DNA of 64,000 nt from a virus, in the IMG/VR virus record IMGVR_UViG_3300026097_000980, positions 32,001-96,000 of that record; one strand, 5' to 3'. The position numbers and the translations under genes were made by a program. The notes below the pieces were generated by a model, which saw only the letters and a list, made by a program, of their open reading frames with translations, made no database searches and had not been told where the DNA came from. Of this stretch, positions 8,785 to 17,389 are shown piece after piece (position 1 is the first letter of the stretch; each line of letters begins with the position of its first letter).

Positions 8785-9534
8785 TTAACTTCTATGGGAG
8801 TATTTGTCAACCAAAACAGAATTAGACTCTATATGATCGGCAAGATATTGAGCCAAAAACAATTGTCCGTCGTGATTAAAATGTTTGCAATATCCTTTGT
8901 TGAATCCGTTACTTTCTAAAAAGTCGCAAGAGTTTTGATCGTCCCCAAAAGAAATCCAACGGCGATTGTTTAGTTGTTTTCCGTATGTTGATTCGAAATT
9001 AATGTTATCTAACGCACAAAAGAAGTAATAATCAATGCCGCGATCTTTTAAAAAACTTTCAAACATAATTAATTGCTGTTGAAATATTTCTTTTTCAAAA
9101 TCGTAACAATGGGAATATTTGTAATACAGCGTCATGAAGTCTTTGAGTGATTTCTGTTGTGTGTCCCCATCGTGCGGGTTCGTAGCCAATACCCAATGTC
9201 CGAATTTTTTCTCGGTGCCAGACACACCACCTCCCAGAAGACCTTTTGGTGTTCTATCAAAGAAACTGTGATGCCAGGTAAATTCGTTTCTAGTGTGTGT
9301 AGTCCAAGCAATAATAACAGGACCTGAAAATTTAGGATTGTTTATAAGATATTCTAGTGTTGTTCGGATAATTCTTTTATTACTGGCTCCGCCAAGACTT
9401 AAATTAATAACCTTTTTTGCGTTAAGAATATTTCCTAGTTTTGATGCCCAAGATCTTTTTAGTTTACTAGATCGAAACCAATCGTTTTCGTAATCGCCGG
9501 CGGTATGAGAACACCCATTTACTAAAAGATTCAT
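8785..9534 (-). CDS. SGNH/GDSL-like hydrolase
   Basis: NGCSHTAG, NLSLGGASN, C-terminal HFNHDG. Confidence 0.7.
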   Translation of the reverse strand: MNLLVNGCSHTAGDYENDWFRSSKLKRSWASKLGNILNAKKVINLSLGGASNKRIIRTTLEYLINNPKFSGPVIIAWTTHTRNEFTWHHSFFDRTPKGLLGGGVSGTEKKFGHWVLATNPHDGDTQQKSLKDFMTLYYKYSHCYDFEKEIFQQQLIMFESFLKDRGIDYYFFCALDNINFESTYGKQLNNRRWISFGDDQNSCDFLESNGFNKGYCKHFNHDGQLFLAQYLADHIESNSVLVDKYSHRS

Positions 9535-9605
9535 TGCGTTCTGCTTTCTAAACGGCTGGAAATATTTTTTAGCATACTAACTCCTACCTTCTTGCCGAAT
9601 ATATT

Positions 9606-10835
9606 TTAAGCCGCTTTAGCTTCAACGTCTCGCTCGTAGATAACTGTTTGTCCGAAAGGCGACTGTGCATGTTCGTTGCCTTTTACAATAAACAGTGTAT
9701 CGCAATAGTCTTCGTCACCCCACTCTCCCCACGGGTATCCGTCAGTGAACATAATCAGCTTCTTAGGCTGGATGTCATTTTCTTTCATGTATTCCCAATT
9801 TACCATGAAGTCGGTGCCGCCACCGCCCATAGGTTCGTAGTTCAACATGTCGTCACCGTCATCGTGGCTGAAACTCTGATGATTGTACACTTCGGTGTCG
9901 AAGCACCAGATGTCAACTTTATAGTCTTCATACTGATCCATGATGCCTTTGATCTCTGACAAGAATGTGGTAGCATCCGCATCTGAAATGGAACCTGACA
10001 TATCAATAGCAACACAAACGTCGATAGTTTCGTCGTTTCGCATGCCTGGTAAAATTGCACCAGTGTGCCAACTTTTCCGATTAGGAAAACTGAAAGAATA
10101 GTCGTTGCGAATAATGCTTTGAATATTCATACGTAACACTTCACGCCAATCCATTTTCGGTTCAGTTAGATCTTTAATCATGCGCTGAATTTGTCCAGGT
10201 ACTTTTCCAGCACCTGCCGCCTGAGCACTTTGAATCATTGCTTCCTTGATTTCATCGCGGATTTGTTGCGCTTCTTCTTTAGAAATTGCTGGGCGACCCT
10301 TACCGTCTTTTCCTTCATTTTTTCCTTTACCGTTATCACTTTCTGTTTCACCTTCTTTAAGGTGTTCGTCCAGGACATCTCCTAACTGCTCTAACAGTTC
10401 TTCCATTGAAATTTTTTCAGCTTGTTCGAATAGATCGTCGTAGATTTCTTCCCAAGCCCAGCCGCGATATTTATGATCTTGGCAGATTTCAACTTCGGTG
10501 ATTTTGTCTCCGATTTTTTCATCTACAAGAATTTGATTCACAGCGTAATCTTGTGCAATATTGCTTAACATACGATCACGTGATCCTACACGCGAAATAT
10601 GATCAAAAATGCAATGACAAATTTCGTGACCAAATAGGAATTCTAATTTTTTTACAGATAGTTTTTCGACAAACTCTGTACTATAATAAAAATTACGACC
10701 GTCTGTAGCGGCAGTCGGACACCAATCGGAACTTTCAATCAGCTTCATCCGTGTTGCCATATTACCAAAAAATGGAGCTTTTAATAAAAGACCAACGCGA
10801 GCAGTTGTAAGTTTTTCAATGATAGGATCTTGCAT
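9606..10835 (-). CDS. Metallopeptidase-VWA domain protein (DUF2201-type)
   Basis: TAATDG, HEICH (HExxH), DMSGS MIDAS, GGGGTDF, FTDG. Confidence 0.9.
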   Translation of the reverse strand: MQDPIIEKLTTARVGLLLKAPFFGNMATRMKLIESSDWCPTAATDGRNFYYSTEFVEKLSVKKLEFLFGHEICHCIFDHISRVGSRDRMLSNIAQDYAVNQILVDEKIGDKITEVEICQDHKYRGWAWEEIYDDLFEQAEKISMEELLEQLGDVLDEHLKEGETESDNGKGKNEGKDGKGRPAISKEEAQQIRDEIKEAMIQSAQAAGAGKVPGQIQRMIKDLTEPKMDWREVLRMNIQSIIRNDYSFSFPNRKSWHTGAILPGMRNDETIDVCVAIDMSGSISDADATTFLSEIKGIMDQYEDYKVDIWCFDTEVYNHQSFSHDDGDDMLNYEPMGGGGTDFMVNWEYMKENDIQPKKLIMFTDGYPWGEWGDEDYCDTLFIVKGNEHAQSPFGQTVIYERDVEAKAA

Positions 10836-10865
10836 GAATTCCCCCTAATTTCACACTATACATAT

Positions 10866-10894
10866 AGTATATATTCGCTGTTTATATTTGTCAA
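10866..10894 (-). promoter_or_regulatory. Sigma70-type early promoter
   Basis: TTGACA-N17-TATACT. Confidence 0.8.
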
Positions 10895-10896
10895 TC

Positions 10897-10926
10897 AAAA
10901 GAATGGCGGGCGCGATGCCCGCCACT
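10897..10926 (-). terminator. Intrinsic terminator after the AAA ATPase
   Basis: GUGGCGGGC-AUCGC-GCCCGCCAU then UCUUUU. Confidence 0.75.
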
Positions 10927-10945
10927 TGAGCAAGGAGCAGGGGGT

Positions 10946-12019
10946 TTACTCCATTGCGCTCAAGACATACTTGCCAAAACGCTCGTGGAACTCGTCAAAG
11001 CTTTTTAACTTCGATGCGTCGAGCGGCAAATTATAGTTAGTGAGTGCAGTTTTTGCCCCCATTACCACAAGTTCTGTAGGAAAGTTATCCATCATATAAC
11101 GGAAGAAGTTATCAGCCATGTCATTCCAGCCTTTAACTTCTTTATCTGCACGATCTTTAAGCTCGTAGCACAAAGATACCGTTAGCGAATACATTGCAGA
11201 AATTTCACTAACTTTTAAGTCTTTGGTTTTTCCGTCCAGGATATCATCCGGCTTTGGTAGCTTGCTGGCGACTTTTCGATGCGCCATAAACTTCACAGCA
11301 AGTCCGTCTCCGATCGCACCTGAAACTAACGTAGTTAGTGTTTCGTTGTCAACTTCTTCATCTTGCAGAAGATCGCTGACAAAGCTCCACGAACGTGGTG
11401 TAGCAAAACTCTTGCTAGAACCTTTTGGATCGAAGTCGTACAGGTCTTGTTTAGCAAAACCTACATAACCAACAACTTCTGGATGAACATTATTTAGAGT
11501 AGCCCAATCCTGCCAATCTTCAAAATCCACTTTCATTTCAACGTGAACGAATCGGTTAGCCAACGGTGCTGGCATGCGGAATGTTACGCCTTTATCGCCA
11601 TCGCGGTTGCCTGCCGCAACAATGTCAACTCCGTCGGGCAGTTTATATGTGCCAACTCGGCGGTTAAGGATCAGCTGATATGCCGCCGCTTGTACAGCAG
11701 GTGGCGCTGAGTTTAACTCGTCTAAGAAAATAATAGCAGTGCTATTCGGATCAGTAGGAAGTTCCGCAGGCGGAGCCCAAGTCATTGTGTTTGCGTTTGA
11801 ATCAAAGTATGGAATACCTTTGATGTCTGTTGGCTCCCAAAGTGCAAGGCGAACATCGATTACTTCACGCCCGGTATTATCACCGATTTGTGCCACAATC
11901 TCTGACTTGCCAATGCCCGGCGGTCCCCAAAGGAACACTGGACGGCGAACTTTAATTGCAAAATGAATTGCTTTCATTGTAGCTTTAGGACCAACTTGTC
12001 GAATATTTGCGTCTGACAT
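10946..12019 (-). CDS. MoxR-type AAA+ ATPase
   Basis: GPPGIGKS, FLDELN, AAGNR, PLANRF, TPRSW; TTGACA-N17-TATTAT upstream. Confidence 0.92.
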   Translation of the reverse strand: MSDANIRQVGPKATMKAIHFAIKVRRPVFLWGPPGIGKSEIVAQIGDNTGREVIDVRLALWEPTDIKGIPYFDSNANTMTWAPPAELPTDPNSTAIIFLDELNSAPPAVQAAAYQLILNRRVGTYKLPDGVDIVAAGNRDGDKGVTFRMPAPLANRFVHVEMKVDFEDWQDWATLNNVHPEVVGYVGFAKQDLYDFDPKGSSKSFATPRSWSFVSDLLQDEEVDNETLTTLVSGAIGDGLAVKFMAHRKVASKLPKPDDILDGKTKDLKVSEISAMYSLTVSLCYELKDRADKEVKGWNDMADNFFRYMMDNFPTELVVMGAKTALTNYNLPLDASKLKSFDEFHERFGKYVLSAME

Positions 12020-12057
12020 AAAACCCCCTTTGTTGTCAACGTTCTATTATAATAGTG

Positions 12058-12558
12058 TCATTGATCTTCGTTGTCAACCACTATCCAGCCAATTTTCTTT
12101 AGATCTTCTCGAATTTCGTCAGTGACTACACTTTCGGCAACATAACCGATCTTTGTGCCACCGTCTTCTACCGGATCACTCATTATTCCTGAGCAATACC
12201 AATCTATATAGTCGCCCTCGCCTCTAATCTCTGCGACAATGCCTCCTGCACTGCGCCACGAACAACTCCATGTTTGATTTTTTAAGATAGGAATTACATC
12301 TAATTTTTGAAATTCGTTATTACAAAAAGCCGCATATAGATTCTGTGCATATAACGTAGAAGTCTGCACCTTGTCGGTGAACCATTCTGCGGTCATTATA
12401 TCCCACTCGAGATTGTTTTCACGCTGAGCGTCGTTATCAAAACGATGCTGGTGTAGATTGTCAAACCCTTCATACATTTTTATGTGATCCGGATTAGGGT
12501 CCTCGCCACTGCGTTCACAGCGATTGAGATATCGTTGTAGATTAGTTTTTCCAGACAT
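12058..12558 (-). CDS. Hypothetical phage protein
   Basis: ORF; YAQNLYAA...WSCSWRSAGGIVA...DYIDWYCSG; start approximated. Confidence 0.7.
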   Translation of the reverse strand: MSGKTNLQRYLNRCERSGEDPNPDHIKMYEGFDNLHQHRFDNDAQRENNLEWDIMTAEWFTDKVQTSTLYAQNLYAAFCNNEFQKLDVIPILKNQTWSCSWRSAGGIVAEIRGEGDYIDWYCSGIMSDPVEDGGTKIGYVAESVVTDEIREDLKKIGWIVVDNEDQ

Positions 12559-13276
12559 CGGCGAAGTATCCTTTACCGTTGGTGTCTCCACCCCAGTTGT
12601 CAACTTCTTCGCCGTCGTATTCGATAGAAGTCACAGTGTCTTCTCCGTTAAGGTATTCAACTACATAGATCTTTAGTTTGCGTGGATCAAAAGCACCTGT
12701 AGTATGTACAACACCTTCGAAGAAACATCCTTTTTCTGATGAATACATTTGAGCGATGTATTCTGCTTCAGGGTGTTCGTCGCAACAACTGTATTCGTTG
12801 ATCTCAGTGTATTCCTCACCGCTTTCTTCGTACACACGATCGACAAGCTCTTGTAGATCCTCATTGGCAATGACTTCTTCTAGTACCGACCCGCCATATT
12901 CGTCGTCCTCTACTTCTTCTACGGTGATGTATGCGTAATCATAATTTACACCATATGTATGCTCAAATTCTGTAGGAGCTTCGTACCAAGGACTGTGGAG
13001 AACTTCATCGCCATCTTCCCATTTTAGGAAATCTGCTTCAGGTGGAACATCTTCAATTTCATCAAAGTCGAAGTCACCATCTTCAGCACTTACCATATAG
13101 TGTACGAGATCGCCGTCACCGTTTTCTTCTTTTACAGCCTTCCAAAAGTCATGTGCTTCCTTGCTGATACTCATGTAGGCTCCTTCGCCGCCATACCCAC
13201 TAATCGAAATACGATAGTATCGATCCGGACGCTTGATTGCGTCTACCAGTTCTTCTTTTTCTTGATCAGTTGCCAT
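12542..13276 (-). CDS. Highly acidic hypothetical protein
   Basis: 244-aa ORF very rich in D/E, operonic overlaps. Confidence 0.75.
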   Translation of the reverse strand: MATDQEKEELVDAIKRPDRYYRISISGYGGEGAYMSISKEAHDFWKAVKEENGDGDLVHYMVSAEDGDFDFDEIEDVPPEADFLKWEDGDEVLHSPWYEAPTEFEHTYGVNYDYAYITVEEVEDDEYGGSVLEEVIANEDLQELVDRVYEESGEEYTEINEYSCCDEHPEAEYIAQMYSSEKGCFFEGVVHTTGAFDPRKLKIYVVEYLNGEDTVTSIEYDGEEVDNWGGDTNGKGYFADVWKN

Positions 13277-13475
13277 TTTTTATTTCCTCTTTATAGACGC
13301 GGCGTAGCCACCATTTGTATTTGTTAAAATAAATTCCTAGATCGTAGTCACAAGGCTTACCTGTGTAATCGTATACTTCACTTTTATGCTCTAACCACTT
13401 GTTATTCAACCAGGCACGAAAACCTTTTACCGTTTTCATATAATCTCCCGCAGTAGTAAATTTAAGATCGTTCAT
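13266..13475 (-). CDS. Hypothetical protein
   Basis: Fills the operon gap; start reassigned. Confidence 0.6.
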   Translation of the reverse strand: MNDLKFTTAGDYMKTVKGFRAWLNNKWLEHKSEVYDYTGKPCDYDLGIYFNKYKWWLRRVYKEEIKNGN

Positions 13476-13477
13476 TG

Positions 13478-14182
13478 TTAACTCCACAACGATGTGTAGT
13501 ATTTGCCAAACAAGCGGAAACCGTTCTGCTTGCGATCCATGTAGGCTTGCCAACCTTCGCGATCCCACTCGCTGGTATCGTTAGGGCCGCGATCCATTCG
13601 AAAGTATTTGGCATCTTCTTCAGCAACTTCATTACTGTCTTCGTCAACAGGTGTCCACTCTATATCGTGTGTACCACTCCAGAACTTGCCTTCTGCTTCG
13701 TCATAATCTTTTGTGTGTTCTGAGAACGCCCAAATCATTTCGTCTAATACCCAATCCCAACGCTTGAAGAACAGCGCATCGGTGGTGCCATCTGTCTTAT
13801 ACTGTTCTACTTCCAGTTTGCCCGGTCGCAGATTTTCTGGCACATCTTCTGGATCAACATTGGGAGCACCCTGCTTATTGCGTTTGAGATCTATCAGCAT
13901 TGGCAATACGATGTGTGCCAGTGTGTCGTCAGCGTTCCAAGTATCCCACGGATCAAGTTTTACGTTTACACGGCGACGGTCCTGCCAACTTTGATACTGT
14001 TGAGCCAACCATATATGACCGCGGCCCAACCAAGTATCCGCATACCATTCTCCGGCATTGTGGACCCACTCTGGACTATCTGGCAATCCATATTCATCTT
14101 CGGTTTTTGCCCAGAAGAAAATCTTTTCCATTAACTGATATGGCCCAAACCAGGTTGGATATTTTTTAATCTTTACTTTCAT
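13478..14182 (-). CDS. Conserved phage hypothetical protein
   Basis: DTWNADDTLA, WDWVLDEMIWAF, GFRLFGKYY motifs. Confidence 0.75.
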   Translation of the reverse strand: MKVKIKKYPTWFGPYQLMEKIFFWAKTEDEYGLPDSPEWVHNAGEWYADTWLGRGHIWLAQQYQSWQDRRRVNVKLDPWDTWNADDTLAHIVLPMLIDLKRNKQGAPNVDPEDVPENLRPGKLEVEQYKTDGTTDALFFKRWDWVLDEMIWAFSEHTKDYDEAEGKFWSGTHDIEWTPVDEDSNEVAEEDAKYFRMDRGPNDTSEWDREGWQAYMDRKQNGFRLFGKYYTSLWS

Positions 14183-14414
14183 TTGATTGTATCCAGTCTT
14201 TAAATTCTACACAGAATTCTTTGCCGTGTAAATCATTTTCAAAATAAAATGTGTGTTGATAAACATCCGTATAAGATTCCATGCTCCACTGCCACCTTTC
14301 GCAGTGTTTCCTGCACCAATCTTTACATTGTATGTCCAAGTCACTGTGAATGTCAACCTGATATGCATGTGGTTTCCAGCGATTTTTGTATTCAAAAATT
14401 TCCTGAGGCGTCAT
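14166..14414 (-). CDS. Hypothetical protein
   Basis: Operonic overlaps at both ends. Confidence 0.65.
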   Translation of the reverse strand: MTPQEIFEYKNRWKPHAYQVDIHSDLDIQCKDWCRKHCERWQWSMESYTDVYQHTFYFENDLHGKEFCVEFKDWIQSNESKD

Positions 14415-14557
14415 GTTTTTTCCTGCAATTCGGATATATCTACAGTTTCATCTTTATTGTTCATTTGAAGATTCTGTACTTGTTCTTCAAGTTTTACAAC
14501 TTTTTGTTGCAATTTACGGATCATTTCTCTAAGTTTAAAATAATCTTGATCAGACAT
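14411..14557 (-). CDS. Small coiled-coil protein
   Basis: MSDQDY... start overlapping the thyX stop. Confidence 0.55.
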   Translation of the reverse strand: MSDQDYFKLREMIRKLQQKVVKLEEQVQNLQMNNKDETVDISELQEKT

Positions 14558-15236
14558 TATCAATATACTCCTCGGCCAACGGAAAGATTTCTGTAATGAC
14601 CTGTGCAACTGCGTTGGCAATTTCCATGTGTTCTTTTTGTGTGCCATTAGCCGCACGTAATTCAATATAGTGGATCCAACTACGCAGTGTACCGTTCATG
14701 TACATTCGACTAACAGTTAACCCTTCAGGAAGAACAGCGCGAGCTTGTTCTTTGGCAATACCATTTTCAATTGCCCATTTATACGCCCGGCGAGCTTCGA
14801 TGATAACACGCTCTTGTGCTAACGCCCATTCTGTTTTTAATTCTGTATCGTATCGACTGTCTTCGTCTAATTCGATTGAGTTCTGACGGTTTTGCTTGTC
14901 TTGCAATCGAGCTTCTCGAATTTCAAAGTCTAGGTCCTTTGTCGGATCAGCATACCGTTGGCTGAACTCTTGGAAACTGAAACTGCGATGTCGTAGAATC
15001 TGTCTAGCAATATCACGAGTTGTCTCAATCTCTAGGCAAGCAGACACCATTTCAAACGGCGACCAATGTTTATGTTTTGCCAAGTAGTTGAGTAGGCGAG
15101 CAGAGGTCTCTGAATTATTCTGATTTGATGGATTAGATACTCGAGCCGCGTAGGCAATAAGATCCTGTACATCATCTATTCCTTCTTGTAAAAATTCTTT
15201 GCTGGGTTGTGAATAACTTACTAATTTAACTTTCAA
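14550..15236 (-). CDS. thyX: FAD-dependent thymidylate synthase
   Basis: HWSPFE, RHRSFSFQEFSQRY signature, EQARAVLP. Confidence 0.96.
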   Translation of the reverse strand: MKVKLVSYSQPSKEFLQEGIDDVQDLIAYAARVSNPSNQNNSETSARLLNYLAKHKHWSPFEMVSACLEIETTRDIARQILRHRSFSFQEFSQRYADPTKDLDFEIREARLQDKQNRQNSIELDEDSRYDTELKTEWALAQERVIIEARRAYKWAIENGIAKEQARAVLPEGLTVSRMYMNGTLRSWIHYIELRAANGTQKEHMEIANAVAQVITEIFPLAEEYIDNV

Positions 15237-15534
15237 GATCTGCCTCCTTTACAAATACGCCGTCTATCATTTTTCCCTTTCGATCTTTGATATCATTCCA
15301 TGCACAGTCAAGGCATTCTGCAATAGAAAGATTGTTTCTTTCGGCAATGTTAATCAAAACAACCATCATGTCGCCTATATCATCTTTGATATCTTTGCCT
15401 TTACAGATATTATCAGATAGTTCGCCTGCTTCTTGAATCAGTTTCATGTATTGATCTTTATCAGTAGCACCGTCAATTAAATTACGATCGTGATGCCATT
15501 GTCTGATGTAGTCTATGTATTGTTGTACGTTCAT
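15226..15534 (-). CDS. MazG-like NTP pyrophosphohydrolase
   Basis: KLIQEAGEL...DDIGD...IKDRKG. Confidence 0.88.
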   Translation of the reverse strand: MNVQQYIDYIRQWHHDRNLIDGATDKDQYMKLIQEAGELSDNICKGKDIKDDIGDMMVVLINIAERNNLSIAECLDCAWNDIKDRKGKMIDGVFVKEADLES

Positions 15535-16094
15535 TATTTCTCCGTTATAATATCAAAATTCACAGCGCACCTAGGGTTTTTTATAGGTATACCTCCACTA
15601 TGTAATGTTAATCCGTCAAAAATTACCAATCTTCCTTTTTTAGGAGAGACTGTTTTTATAATTTGTTCTTTTTTGTTATAAAACACTGTGTCACCTTCGG
15701 AATCATTCACATAGTATAACACAACTGTATGATCGAAGTCAAAATCTGTATGAGGATCCATTGTCGTTCTTTCGGTTTCATATGGCATTATAAGGAAAAT
15801 TCTTCCTAGGATTATTTGTTGTAATGATTTATTAATTTTATTGCAAGCGATTCTAGGCAATATTGAAAAATTTTCAAGATGCTGGGATTGTTGTGTGCTT
15901 GACTTCAAAACATGGGTGAAGCTTATAGGATCGCGATCTTCTTCTTTTCCGGTTGATTCATATTTTACCTTAAAATCTATTGTAGGAAAAATTTCCCCTT
16001 CGTCGGATCTTCCAAAAACCTGCATACAAAAATAGTTTTGGAGATATTCGGGAACAGCGTCATCAAAAACTTTTATTTTATCAAAACTATTCAC
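15534..16094 (-). CDS. 2OG-Fe(II) oxygenase
   Basis: PHTD, LYYVNDSEGDT, FDGLTLH, RCAVN. Confidence 0.85.
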   Translation of the reverse strand: MNSFDKIKVFDDAVPEYLQNYFCMQVFGRSDEGEIFPTIDFKVKYESTGKEEDRDPISFTHVLKSSTQQSQHLENFSILPRIACNKINKSLQQIILGRIFLIMPYETERTTMDPHTDFDFDHTVVLYYVNDSEGDTVFYNKKEQIIKTVSPKKGRLVIFDGLTLHSGGIPIKNPRCAVNFDIITEK

Positions 16095-16473
16095 GGTTTA
16101 ATGCGTCCCAAACTTTTTCTTTTTGTAAAAGTTCTTGTTCGAGCTTACGATATTCGTCTCCAATTTTTTTAAGTTGGTTCCATTTTTCTTCTAATTCCGG
16201 ACTAGGTTGCAGTATGTTCAATCTTTCTTCTACCCGAGCCATAAACTCCTTAAGGCTTTGCTCTCCCATTTTGATATCACCGTCGTTGTGGATCTTGATA
16301 TCACCTTGACTTACATCAATACCTGGATTGAAAGTGTTGAAATCGATGTTGCTGAAATCAAAACTGTAGTCGTCGGACACCGTAATGGTATCAACCGAGT
16401 CTACAGCAAACGTGTCTGTTGTATATTGTATTCCTGACACATCCAGTGTTATTGTATTATCATCGTCGTTCAT
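16087..16473 (-). CDS. Hypothetical protein
   Basis: GAGG SD; VEERLNILQP...LEEKW motif. Confidence 0.7.
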   Translation of the reverse strand: MNDDDNTITLDVSGIQYTTDTFAVDSVDTITVSDDYSFDFSNIDFNTFNPGIDVSQGDIKIHNDGDIKMGEQSLKEFMARVEERLNILQPSPELEEKWNQLKKIGDEYRKLEQELLQKEKVWDALNRE

Positions 16474-16488
16474 GTTCTACCTCTTGTA

Positions 16489-16603
16489 TGGTGTGGTCGG
16501 TAGGGTTCGAACCTACAAGTATCTGAGGCTACACCTTCGATACCGTCCCGCATCCTACAGTGTAGGAATTTTGGAGCTTTGCCAAAAATTTGCTCACGAC
16601 CAC
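16489..16603 (-). ncRNA. 115-nt tRNA-like RNA without a canonical anticodon arm
   Basis: 7-bp acceptor GTGGTCG/CGACCAC + ACCA, T arm GTAGG-TTCGAAC-CCTAC, D-like arm, irregular central arms; own TTGACT promoter. Confidence 0.8.
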
Positions 16604-16676
16604 ATACTATATTATAGCCTTTTTACAGTTCAGTCAACTAACTCCTGATTAAATACTTTGTTCGCAAAGGTGTCCA

Positions 16677-17381
16677 ATGAGAATAGTAGCTTTCGGTGAT
16701 AGTTTTACAAATGGCCTTATAAAATTACCTAAAAGATACACACAAGAAGAATCTCATCAAAACAGTTTTGTAAACAAAATGTTTCAGTCTAGTAAAATAT
16801 TTACTGATTATTCAAATTTAGCCGACAACGGTTGTGGTAATAGACAGATAGCATCTAAGATTTATAAATGTTTACTTGAAAAGAAAATCAGCAAGAACGA
16901 TTTTGTATTTATTGGATGGTCTAGTTTGACTAGAACAGCATTATGGGACAACGAATATTATAAAACTCCTGATAACAATGTTGTTGATTATAAACAGTTG
17001 ATTTATGATACAGAATCTAGTATACTTAGTACACACATGATACTGAAATTACAAGGAATCCGACACTGCATGATACAAGCGTTTCATGATTATTCAAGCC
17101 AGACAGACATAAAATATCTGCTAGAAAAGAATATCAATTTCCCGTGTTGGATAAATTTTCAAAAAAACAATAACACCCTTATGGATATATGTATGTTGAG
17201 ATATTTGAGCGAGGCAAAGTTCAAAGATATCAAAAATCATCATAAAGAAAAATATGTTCAGCATACAAAATACCTTGCAGAATGTTATCATCCTAACGAT
17301 GCAGGGCATAGATTAATAGCAGAAACACTGAGACCCATTGCGGAAATATATGCTACTACAGATAAAAGTTTAGAGTATTAA
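16677..17381 (+). CDS. SGNH-like hydrolase
   Basis: AFGDSFT, NLADNGCGN, HPNDAGH. Confidence 0.8.
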   Translation: MRIVAFGDSFTNGLIKLPKRYTQEESHQNSFVNKMFQSSKIFTDYSNLADNGCGNRQIASKIYKCLLEKKISKNDFVFIGWSSLTRTALWDNEYYKTPDNNVVDYKQLIYDTESSILSTHMILKLQGIRHCMIQAFHDYSSQTDIKYLLEKNINFPCWINFQKNNNTLMDICMLRYLSEAKFKDIKNHHKEKYVQHTKYLAECYHPNDAGHRLIAETLRPIAEIYATTDKSLEY

Positions 17382-17389
17382 GGATAGAA

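Noticed and set aside
16545-16570. CUA anticodon in the 115-nt tRNA-like RNA
   Set aside because: The CUA lies inside a perfect stem with a 3-nt loop, not in a 7-nt anticodon loop
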